The position numbers and the translations under genes are program-made. Of a stretch of DNA of 64,000 nt, positions 17,968 to 25,587 are shown one piece after another. The notes under the pieces were generated by a model. The model saw nothing but the letters and a program-made list of their open reading frames with translations, had not been told where the DNA came from and ran no database searches. Position 1 is the stretch's first letter. Each line of letters starts with the position of its first letter. Source of the stretch: Patescibacteria group bacterium. GTDB taxonomy: Bacteria > Patescibacteriota > Minisyncoccia > Phycocordibacterales > Phycocordibacteraceae. Location of the stretch: contig JAZJYZ010000001.1 in the NCBI GenBank assembly GCA_040390125.1, forward strand, positions 307,026 through 371,025, read 5' to 3'.

Positions 17968-19094
17968 ATGCCTCCACAAACATTGGATCAGCACTACCCC
18001 CTCAGTCCTCGGAAATTTTGGAAGAAAATGCTTGAGAAGTTCCCAGCGGGATTGCTGTTGCTTTTCATAACAGGAGTCCCTTCGATTCTTGGATTATTTG
18101 CACTCCGCTTAGATGCCACGATAGCAGACGTGTTGTTGCCCGCTATGGTTATCGCTGTTTTGGTGTCTTTGGTGCTTGTGTTTTTGTATGCGTGGTACGT
18201 CAAAGCGTATATTCGTCGGTATTACTACGATGCCAATGAGAACTTTGTAACAATCAAAAAAGTGTTTTTGCACCGGCTGAGATTCATGTACAGTATTCTA
18301 AAATCCAAGATGTATATGTTGATCAGGACATTCTTGACCGCATCATGGGTTTGTACGACGTGCATATTGCGAGTGCAACAGCTGCTTCTGCAATAGAAGC
18401 CCATATTGATGGTGTTGAAAAGGTCGCTGCGGATGGCCTCAAAGATCTTCTTCTTGGAAAAATTCAAGGTATAGGTACTTCAACCTCTACCGCACCAATT
18501 CAAGGAAATACGCCGCAGGCCCCTTCTGTCGTGCATCTTGCTGAGGATGTATCAAGCAAGACGTACCCCATAGTCGGGCGATGGTTGTTTTTGCAAGCAA
18601 TAGGTTCGTTGTTCTTTTCGCTCTTTGTAAGTGGAGCTATCCTCGTGTATCTCGTAATTCCCGGTGAGCACTCTGAGGCTTCTATTCTCACTAGTCTTGG
18701 CTTTACTGGGGGCGAAGTGTTTGTGGCGTGGTTTGTCCTATTTCTCTTCTTGTATGCTTTTTCTTTCGTGTATCAAATTCTCTGGAGGAACACCTTCTCT
18801 TTTGCGTTTTTGCCAGAATATATAGTGCTCAGGAAGGGTGTGATAGCGAGACAAGAAACACATCTTCCGTACCGTTCAGTGCAAGATGTAGCCGTTTCTC
18901 AAGGGATTATCGAGCGTATGTTTGGTCTTGCGACTGTTCGTATTGAAAACGCAGCTGCTCCTCAAATGATAGGGAAGACAGTGGTAAGCAGTGGCCTCAG
19001 AATCCCAGGTCAAGCTCTTCTGAAAGCGAATACACTGAGCGAGATAGTCAGAAATATAACGCTCACTAAAAATTCTTCACAGACCGGTTTATAA
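17968..19094 (+). CDS. bPH_2 (YdbS/YdbT-like) membrane protein, interrupted by a 1-nt frameshift in an A6 tract (18256-18261)
   Basis: ORF 17968-18396 encodes RRYYYDANENFVTIKK. ORF 18345-19094, extended upstream in its own frame, encodes KSVFAPAEIHVQYSKIQDVYVDQDILDRIMGLYDVHIAS. Joined, these give the conserved bPH_2 motif, and the junction falls at the AAAAAA run. Confidence 0.55.
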
Positions 19095-19142
19095 TGGCTC
19101 TTTAGGCTTTAAAGGAGCCTATTTGCGGGATTAGTTTAGTGA

Positions 19143-19170
19143 AAGAAACATGAACTATTTCATGTTTCTT
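19143..19170 (+). terminator. Terminator hairpin (AAGAAACATGAA-CTAT-TTCATGTTTCTT)
   Basis: A perfect 12-bp stem with a T-rich 3' side, downstream of the bPH_2 gene. Confidence 0.6.
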
Positions 19171-19281
19171 CCGATTCCGTTTCGGAAATAGCCGATGCCG
19201 TTAGGCAGGCTATAGGAGGGACGAACGGGTGCATCACCTGAATTACATAAGTAATTCTCTCCAAGGTACACTCGGAAAGTA

Positions 19282-19352
19282 GCGGGTATGGTTTAGTGGC
19301 AGAACATCTGCTTCCCAAGCAGAGGACCCGGGTTCGATTCCCGGTACCCGCA
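19282..19352 (+). tRNA. tRNA-Gly (anticodon CCC), no encoded CCA
   Basis: Acceptor GCGGGTA/TACCCGC. Anticodon stem TCTGC/GCAGA with loop TTCCCAA. T-arm CCGGG-TTCGATT-CCCGG. Confidence 0.88.
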
Positions 19353-19358
19353 CATTTT

Positions 19359-19380
19359 GTTTCGATTCTCCCATCCCGCA
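19359..19380 (+). repeat. Degenerate direct copy of the tRNA-Gly 3' end (gtttcgattctcccatcccgca vs ggttcgattcccggtacccgca), 6 nt downstream of the tRNA
   Basis: 17 of 22 positions are identical. It is followed by the cactgagc..cgaag motif that is shared with other tRNA-associated elements in this window. Confidence 0.4.
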
Positions 19381-19489
19381 CTGAGCAAAGCGAAGGGGGA
19401 TGAGAATGCTCCCTGCGGAGCATTCGTAGGGGACTGTACGCTGAGTCAGGTGAAAGGGGCTATGTGTAGTGGTGCTGTACACTTGAGGC

Positions 19490-20221
19490 ATGCACACGAC
19501 GCTCGTATACAAGACGCCGTTTTGGAAAGAGGCCGTTATAGTGTTATGTGCGCTTGCATTCATCGGGGTTGGGGTATTAATTATGTATGCGGCCTACACA
19601 GACGGTAAGTGGATTGGGTATGTAATTGGACCAATCGGCATCCTGTTTGGTGTAATCGGTGCTGTTCTATCGGTCAGCAGTCGGACAGTACTGAGGCTCG
19701 ATGCCGGGGGTGTGTTCGTACAGCCACACTTCTTGTCAAAGCAAACAATCTCGTGGAGTAATATAGAGCGGTTTGAAAAGGTTGTTCAAACATTCAGCCA
19801 GAAGAGTCGTTTCGGGTTGAGCGAACACAAGATGGCGTACCTTGGAATTTATTTAAGACAGCCACGTGAAGCTGGTGTTGCATTCGAAGTTGCTCAGACA
19901 GTATTTGAAAAAATTGATGCAAAGAATGCCAAGGATCCGCTCATTGAAAAACAACGGCAAGGACACGTTTTTATTACCGGACTTCTTCTCCCGGGGAGCA
20001 TCGATACTGTGCTTCGTGAAGTACGTGAATATCATAGTCGTATGGTGGGGGATTCGGTTCACTATGAGCTGGCCGAAGTTTTACCAAGCACAAAGGGGTT
20101 GTTCAAACCATCAATCTACCTGATAGTGGCAGGAATTGTGACTGCTGCATTCCTTCTTCTGTTTCTGGCCTCATTCATAACTGGCATGACACCAGAGCAG
20201 TTGCTTAACTCAATTTTCTGA
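19490..20221 (+). CDS. Hypothetical membrane protein (2 N-terminal and 1 C-terminal TM helix)
   Basis: 243-aa ORF with no recognisable motifs. Confidence 0.45.
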   Translation: MHTTLVYKTPFWKEAVIVLCALAFIGVGVLIMYAAYTDGKWIGYVIGPIGILFGVIGAVLSVSSRTVLRLDAGGVFVQPHFLSKQTISWSNIERFEKVVQTFSQKSRFGLSEHKMAYLGIYLRQPREAGVAFEVAQTVFEKIDAKNAKDPLIEKQRQGHVFITGLLLPGSIDTVLREVREYHSRMVGDSVHYELAEVLPSTKGLFKPSIYLIVAGIVTAAFLLLFLASFITGMTPEQLLNSIF

Positions 20222-20395
20222 TGAATGTACAAGGCGTAAAAGCATAGTCTACTTTTGGGAAAATTTTGCGTGCCACCACATACAAGGCAATCGAATTTGT
20301 TGTCCACATGAATTGTATAAACAATATAATTGTGATATTGTCAAAATAAATTCGATTACCCTCGGATTTTTATATTTAAATCCAGTATCAAAAAT

Positions 20396-22324
20396 ATGTG
20401 GAAAGCTAAATTTTTTGTTCCAGTAATTGCGGTTCTTTTGTTTGCTGGCACAGTTGCCCCGGCTCAGGCAGCTTCGCTCTCCGAAGATCAGATTCAGTCG
20501 ATTCTCGGTCTTTTGAGTTCGTTCGGTGCTGACACTTCGGTTATCGGTAATGTAAGTGCTTCACTTCGTGGCCAGGCGACGAGTGTGGCAAGTGCACCCG
20601 TTTCCTCATCGTCAGTGTGTTCGTACGTATCCGGACTTTCGCAAACCCTCTACGAGGGTATTTCTGACGGGGCGACTGGCGGTCAAGTTACGATGCTCCA
20701 AAAGTTTCTTGCCGCTGATTCATCAATATATCCCGAGGGTTCCATCACTGGTTATTTTGGTCCCGCAACCGAACGTGCCGTGCAGCGCTGGCAAGTGCAG
20801 AATGGTGTCGTCTCATCGGGAAGTCCGGAGACAAATGGCTACGGCGTTGTCGGATCAATGACACGTGCAGCATTTGCAAAGCGATGTGGAAATACGTCGT
20901 CGCCATCGTATACGACACCGATGCCAACCAAGCCACTTCCTACTACTCCGACGACGAATCCGAAGACGAACACATGGCCGAGCATTACGTTTAGCTACAT
21001 TTCTTCGGGTAACGTGATTGGGTCATACGCCAATCTTCCTGCAAATTCGCAGATACGACTCGTTAATAGTTCGACAGGTCAAGCGTATACAGCACAGAAC
21101 ACATTGGTATGGTCTGGAGGAAGCGGATCGCTCAGCATTCCTATTCCGAACGATTTGCCAAACGGCTCGTATTATTTGCGCGTAACTGATTACTACAGCC
21201 CTTCAACAACGATACTGGAGAGTAAGGCATTCCAAACTGGCTCGGATGTGCAGACACAATCCGTCACGATTAGTCAATTCAGTGCCTCACCAACGACGGT
21301 GAGTGCAGGACAAGCGATACTGTTCACGTGGAGCTCAAACTTGAGCCAAAATGATATCTCTGTCTATGGAGGCGGATGCAACATTGAAGGCGTTACCCAA
21401 AATAACGTTGCACTCAATGTCACTTCAGGATTTGTAGGTGCAAGCGGCTCAGTCACGTATGTCGCACCAGCGACGGCGAAGTACACGCTCCTGTGTTCTT
21501 CAGGTGGGAAAGATGGTTCGTCAAGTGCATCAGCACAGGCAACGGTCTATGTAGGACAGCAGCAAACAAACTCAGTAGTGATTAATTCGTTCACTGCTTC
21601 GCAAACGTCGGTGTCATCTGGTCAGCCCATTGTGCTCTCGTGGAGTTCAAACCTCACAGACAACGACATTTCGTATTACGGTGGCGGGTGTGACATCTCG
21701 GCTTTGACAAGCTCCAATCAACAAATCCACCTCACCTCAGGTTCTACCAGTGGTGCAAGCGGTTCCATTAGCTATACGCCAGCTCTTACAGCGACATACA
21801 CTCTGACCTGTAGTGCTGGCGCCAAAGACGGATCGCCGATGAATACTAAACAAGTGACGGTATACCTTGAATCGTCCATCCGTGGGGTGACTGCAGTGGG
21901 CGTCTATGAAGGGTCATACCCTTCAGGCGTTCAGCATTCATATAACTTTCACCCCGAAGGGACGGTGAATGTGAAAGTGACTGGCGATACTGGGCAGAGT
22001 CGTGACCTTGTCCTCACCTCGTACGAGCCGGTCAATTGGGTGCTCTCGGTCCCGAGCAATGTAATCATCAGCAAAATAATCGTGACAGGCTATCATAAAT
22101 CGCGAGTCACGAATGTTCCGTCCGGTACGCAGGTTGAATATCACTCATATGATACCGATGGACAGTATTACTATGCTTATCAGAGCTCGGGTGAATCGTT
22201 TAACCAGATCAAGCAGTGGCTTACTGGGCTCTATAGGGCATCTGACGGAGAACTGTATGGTAATTTCGTATTTCCAGGCTACAGTGCTTCCTCTGTAGAA
22301 GTATATGTCGGATATAAGGGCTAA
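20396..22324 (+). CDS. Secreted protein with a peptidoglycan-binding domain (PG_binding_1-like) and two tandem ~100-aa Ig-like repeats
   Basis: Signal peptide MWKAKFFVPVIAVLLFAGTVAPAQA. QVTMLQKFLAADSSIYPEGSITGYFGPATERAVQRWQ is a PG-binding motif. The repeats run QSVTISQFSASPTTVSAGQAILFTWSSNLSQNDISVYGGGC... and NSVVINSFTASQTSVSSGQPIVLSWSSNLTDNDISYYGGGC... Confidence 0.55.
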   Translation: MWKAKFFVPVIAVLLFAGTVAPAQAASLSEDQIQSILGLLSSFGADTSVIGNVSASLRGQATSVASAPVSSSSVCSYVSGLSQTLYEGISDGATGGQVTMLQKFLAADSSIYPEGSITGYFGPATERAVQRWQVQNGVVSSGSPETNGYGVVGSMTRAAFAKRCGNTSSPSYTTPMPTKPLPTTPTTNPKTNTWPSITFSYISSGNVIGSYANLPANSQIRLVNSSTGQAYTAQNTLVWSGGSGSLSIPIPNDLPNGSYYLRVTDYYSPSTTILESKAFQTGSDVQTQSVTISQFSASPTTVSAGQAILFTWSSNLSQNDISVYGGGCNIEGVTQNNVALNVTSGFVGASGSVTYVAPATAKYTLLCSSGGKDGSSSASAQATVYVGQQQTNSVVINSFTASQTSVSSGQPIVLSWSSNLTDNDISYYGGGCDISALTSSNQQIHLTSGSTSGASGSISYTPALTATYTLTCSAGAKDGSPMNTKQVTVYLESSIRGVTAVGVYEGSYPSGVQHSYNFHPEGTVNVKVTGDTGQSRDLVLTSYEPVNWVLSVPSNVIISKIIVTGYHKSRVTNVPSGTQVEYHSYDTDGQYYYAYQSSGESFNQIKQWLTGLYRASDGELYGNFVFPGYSASSVEVYVGYKG

Positions 22325-22342
22325 CTAACGGTCTTTCTGAAC

Positions 22343-22376
22343 AAAAACATCGTCTGTGAAAGCAGACGATGTTTTT
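22343..22376 (+). terminator. Rho-independent terminator (AAAAACATCGTCTG-TGAAAG-CAGACGATGTTTTT)
   Basis: A perfect 11-bp stem followed by a T-run, immediately after the stop codon of the secreted protein gene. Confidence 0.8.
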
Positions 22377-22487
22377 GTTTAATAACCATAAGTACAATTT
22401 AGATTATCCGAATGATTTAGATACAAATAAAAAGTGGCGGGCTTTTTGATGAGTGCTATACTACTCAGACTTAAAAATAGAAAAATT

Positions 22488-22745
22488 ATGGATCAACCAA
22501 CACAGCAAAAGACCGTCGCTATATACTCAACGCCAACCTGCCATTTCTGCCAAATGACAAAGGATTTCTTTGCCGAGAAAGGTATAGAGTACACGAACTA
22601 CGATGTATCGAAGGACTTGGAAAAGAGACAAGAGATGTTCAGTATCACTAGCCAGATGGGCGTGCCCGTTACAGTAATAGGGGACGACGTTGTTATTGGT
22701 TTCGACAAAGAAAAGCTTTCAGAGCTCCTGAACATCACCGAGTAG
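22488..22745 (+). CDS. Glutaredoxin-like protein (CxxC = CHFC), NrdH/Grx family
   Basis: VAIYSTPTCHFCQMTKDFFAEKGIEYTNYDVSKD...VPVTVIGD has a thioredoxin fold. Start chosen at the in-frame MDQP, because ORF-track start 22434 adds an atypical 18-aa leader. Confidence 0.65.
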   Translation: MDQPTQQKTVAIYSTPTCHFCQMTKDFFAEKGIEYTNYDVSKDLEKRQEMFSITSQMGVPVTVIGDDVVIGFDKEKLSELLNITE

Positions 22746-22763
22746 TCCAAAAACCCGCCATAT

Positions 22764-22816
22764 GCTCCCGATTTTGTTAGTGCACAGCACTTAGAAAATC
22801 GCAGTCCCCTTGGGGG
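22764..22816. repeat. 53-nt palindromic interspersed element, copy 1 (gctcccgattttgttagtgcacagcacttagaaaatcgcagtccccttgggg), embedded in the loop of a terminator-like stem (aaacccgcc...ggcgggttttttt)
   Basis: Near-identical copies lie at 40911-40962 and 49256-49308 (the latter in reverse orientation). The internal imperfect 15-bp inverted repeat is CGATTTTGTTATTGC / GCAATTAGAAAATCG. Confidence 0.7.
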
Positions 22817-22840
22817 GCGGGTTTTTTTGTGCTTCGCTCG

Positions 22841-22890
22841 TGTGTTTACACTGAGCGAGTCTGCGAGTCGAAGTGTGGTCACGAATATTT
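22841..22890. repeat. tRNA-associated motif gtgtttacactgagcgagtctgcgagtcgaagtgtggtcacgaat (family shared with 56090-56150, 56282-56320 and 19376-19400)
   Basis: A 35/37-nt match to 56282-56318, which directly abuts tRNA-Leu(TAG). Here it lies 128 bp from tRNA-Arg. Confidence 0.5.
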
Positions 22891-23017
22891 TTCCTGACAG
22901 AAAAATTTCTCGACCCCGCCTCGCAGTTTTTGCCTTTCGTTCCACTCAAACAAAAACATTGCTGTGGCAGGCACAAAAGCAGAAAATCTTCCGCAGGGAA
23001 GATATTTCTGTCTTTTG

Positions 23018-23089
23018 TGCCCTCCTCAGGAGTCGAACCTGAATTTAAGGTTTAGGAAACCTCCGTTCTATCCATTGAACTAAGAGGGC
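23018..23089 (-). tRNA. tRNA-Arg (anticodon CCT), no encoded CCA
   Basis: Read on the reverse complement: acceptor GCCCTCT/GGAGGGC, D-arm GTTC-AATGGATA-GAAC, anticodon stem GAGGT/ACCTT with loop TTCCTAA, T-arm TCAGG-TTCGACT-CCTGA. Confidence 0.85.
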
Positions 23090-23139
23090 ATGTTAATTTG
23101 TTGCGTGCCCTAGTCTAACACGGTGCTATACTTTTTTGC

Positions 23140-23439
23140 ATGGACGAACAAAAATTGAGCGAAATGTACGACCTTACTAAGGAGAACAATAAGATGCTCA
23201 AAGCTATGCGTCGTGACGCATTTGTTGGAGGTATCGTTAAGTTTATTTTTTGGATTATTGTGTTTGTGGTTATACCGTACCTCACGTGGCTTTATGTCCA
23301 GCCCTACCTTCAAGGGTTCCTCGATACGTACCAGAAGGTTCAGCAGACGGCGGATAGTGTCAGCAGTAGCACGACTGCTGACTTCTCTCAGTTCCAAGAG
23401 TTTTTGAAGAAGTTTGGTATCAATCCAAGCGAAAAGTGA
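23140..23439 (+). CDS. Hypothetical small membrane protein (99 aa, one TM helix)
   Basis: ORF whose central hydrophobic helix is IVKFIFWIIVFVVIPYLTWLYV. No recognised family. Confidence 0.4.
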   Translation: MDEQKLSEMYDLTKENNKMLKAMRRDAFVGGIVKFIFWIIVFVVIPYLTWLYVQPYLQGFLDTYQKVQQTADSVSSSTTADFSQFQEFLKKFGINPSEK

Positions 23440-23481
23440 ATCCTAGATTTTAGTTAGAAATTCGGCTAGAATGCACAGATT

Positions 23482-23554
23482 GCTGGGATAGCTCAGTTGG
23501 TAGAGCGCTTCCCTGAAGAGGAATAGGTCCCCGGTTCGAGCCCGGGTCCCAGCA
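23482..23554 (+). tRNA. tRNA-Phe (anticodon GAA), no encoded CCA
   Basis: Acceptor GCTGGGA/TCCCAGC. D-arm GCTC-AGTTGGTA-GAGC. Anticodon loop CTGAAGA. T-arm CCCGG-TTCGAGC-CCGGG. Confidence 0.9.
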
Positions 23555-23588
23555 CACTTAAAAATTTGTTATAATTTTCCACATTGCT

Positions 23589-24191
23589 ATGGATTTTACT
23601 TTTGTACCAAAACACTACGCATCCCGTTCACACGAAAAGATGCAGGAAGTCTTGATGGATCCAAACGCTCCGGGGCCTTCGATTCACTACTACATGATTC
23701 GAGGTGGCTCTGACCAGCGTAATATTACCGTGTGGGAGCCAGGAACTATTGCGGGTGAATACATAAAAACATATGGCCATTACCACATTGGAGATCTCGA
23801 TGAAACCTACTGGATATTGTTTGGAGAGGGGGTAGCACTACTTCAAAAACTTGCTGTTGATGAGGCGGGAAATCCTATAGTTGACGTTGTTGAAGAATTC
23901 AAAGCTGTTGCAGTAAAAACTGGTGACAGCGTGTACATGCCTCCAGGGTATGGGCATTTGGTGGTGAACATAGGGAATACCTATTTTGCAACAGCAGACG
24001 ACAGTCCGGTGAATTTTGACGAAGCAAATCCTGTGTCTCTCCCTGGGCATGCAGACTATGAGATGGTGAAGACAATGCGAGGCTTTGCATATTACGTTAT
24101 TGAAAAAGATGGCAAGCCTGCACTCGTCAAAAACCCTCTCTATAAAGAAATCAAAAAAGCCGACTTCGGTGGACTTGAGTTAGTTGGGTAG
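23589..24191 (+). CDS. pgiA: Cupin-type glucose-6-phosphate isomerase (archaeal cPGI family)
   Basis: 200 aa. TYGHYH, YMPPGYGHLVVNIG and KNPLY align with Pyrococcus cPGI (TKGHFH, YVPPYWAHRTVNIG, DNPRW). Confidence 0.7.
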   Translation: MDFTFVPKHYASRSHEKMQEVLMDPNAPGPSIHYYMIRGGSDQRNITVWEPGTIAGEYIKTYGHYHIGDLDETYWILFGEGVALLQKLAVDEAGNPIVDVVEEFKAVAVKTGDSVYMPPGYGHLVVNIGNTYFATADDSPVNFDEANPVSLPGHADYEMVKTMRGFAYYVIEKDGKPALVKNPLYKEIKKADFGGLELVG

Positions 24192-24255
24192 AGATTATAG
24201 AGATAGTAGTTTTCCTACACTCTCTACCTTCTCTAGTATCTCTATCGTCTCTAAT

Positions 24256-24741
24256 CTAGTTTCCTTTGACTTTCAATTTCGTCTGTCGATTCTTGTTTAT
24301 TTTTGGAAGTTTGAGTGTAAGGAGACCATGTTTCTCGCTCGCTTCAGCTGAATCCACATCGATTTCCGCAGGCAGAACAACAGTTCGAGCAAATGCGCCC
24401 CAATAGAGCTCTCTGTATACGTATCCGTCTTCGCTGATTTCTTTCTGGTCAACACGCTTGCCTTGTATGGTTACCATGTCTCTCGTGATAGCGATATCTA
24501 AGTCCTCTGGACGAACTCCTGCAACCAGCGCACGGATAACTATATCTGCATCAGACTGGTATACGTCGACGGTAAGTTGTGCGGCACCCGGCTCTTCATG
24601 CTCTGGAATGCTCACGGGAGCGACGTCTTCGTCGTAGGATGTACCACCTCGCACCGACGCTGGTTTTTCTTCAAACGTATCAAAATCGTTATCGAAATTC
24701 GACCCAGTGAGTCGATCAAAGAATGAAGGTTTTTTTGCCAT
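24256..24741 (-). CDS. Hsp20/alpha-crystallin family small heat shock protein
   Basis: 161 aa. The alpha-crystallin domain runs DVYQSDADIVIRALVAGVRPEDLDIAI...ELYWGAFARTVVLPAEID. Confidence 0.85.
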   Translation of the reverse strand: MAKKPSFFDRLTGSNFDNDFDTFEEKPASVRGGTSYDEDVAPVSIPEHEEPGAAQLTVDVYQSDADIVIRALVAGVRPEDLDIAITRDMVTIQGKRVDQKEISEDGYVYRELYWGAFARTVVLPAEIDVDSAEASEKHGLLTLKLPKINKNRQTKLKVKGN

Positions 24742-24757
24742 TGCTTTTAAGATTTAA

Positions 24758-25492
24758 TTATTTGCTTCGTTTCATAAATATCTTTTCCCACCAGAGAGGT
24801 CGTCGTAAACCTTTGACACGCTCGAGTGCGAGAAGAACGAAAATGATACCAACCCAGACGCCCAAAAATACCGTGAGCGCACTTGAGGAGTCAGTGCTAA
24901 TTATAAGGAAGTTAAAGAGCGCATGCAATGTAATTGCGAGGATAACTCCAATACATCCATAAAAGATTTTCTCTGTCCGTTCTCGATAGTAGGCGAATGC
25001 GAGTGCTCCGCCGATAACTGCTGAAGAGAGTACGTGTACCAGTGTGGCGCCGATAAAGCGTAGGTTTCCCGCAAGTAGACTGTCGAAGAAATGCCCATCA
25101 ATAATGGGGCTAAATATAAAGAATGCGTTTTCAAGTGCTGCGAACCCTAGGGAAACGGTAATGAGATAAATTGGAAAATCAATAGGTTCGTCTACGTCAC
25201 GTTTTCGGAGAACCATTGTATAGGCTAAAAGAAACTTTATTACCTCCTCAATTGCCGCCCATACTAAAATGAGCAGAAATCCTATGTCTAGGTATGATGC
25301 GGCAACTTGTTGAAAGGGAAGGACGACGAGGACGGCCACCATGCCCGATAGGAATGCCAAAAAAATAAGCCCTCTAGGCTCTGGGCGTCTGGAGTCCTCA
25401 AAGAGCCAAAAGGCAAGCCATATGAGCACAGGCACAAGTCCGAATGCAAAAGCAACTAATGCTGATTCAGCCCCATGAAGGAAGGATGGCAT
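24758..25492 (-). CDS. PrsW-like intramembrane metalloprotease (CPBP/PrsW family)
   Basis: 244 aa with 6-7 TM helices. Contains the EEVIKF (EExxK) and GFAALEN motifs. Confidence 0.55.
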   Translation of the reverse strand: MPSFLHGAESALVAFAFGLVPVLIWLAFWLFEDSRRPEPRGLIFLAFLSGMVAVLVVLPFQQVAASYLDIGFLLILVWAAIEEVIKFLLAYTMVLRKRDVDEPIDFPIYLITVSLGFAALENAFFIFSPIIDGHFFDSLLAGNLRFIGATLVHVLSSAVIGGALAFAYYRERTEKIFYGCIGVILAITLHALFNFLIISTDSSSALTVFLGVWVGIIFVLLALERVKGLRRPLWWEKIFMKRSK

Positions 25493-25587
25493 TCCTGTAT
25501 TCTAACGCACGAGCAGGGGCTAGTGGTCAGCGTTTAGCGTTTAGTGTCTGAATTTCTGAAACTTCACTAAACCCTAGCCACTAAACA

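Noticed and set aside
19160-19563. Minus-strand ORFs 19160-19423 and 19243-19563
   Set aside because: They overlap tRNA-Gly and its flanking repeat and have no protein-like features.
22434-22487. Upstream extension of the glutaredoxin ORF (start at 22434)
   Set aside because: It adds an atypical 18-aa leader before the conserved N-terminus. The in-frame ATG at 22488 gives a typical NrdH/Grx length.
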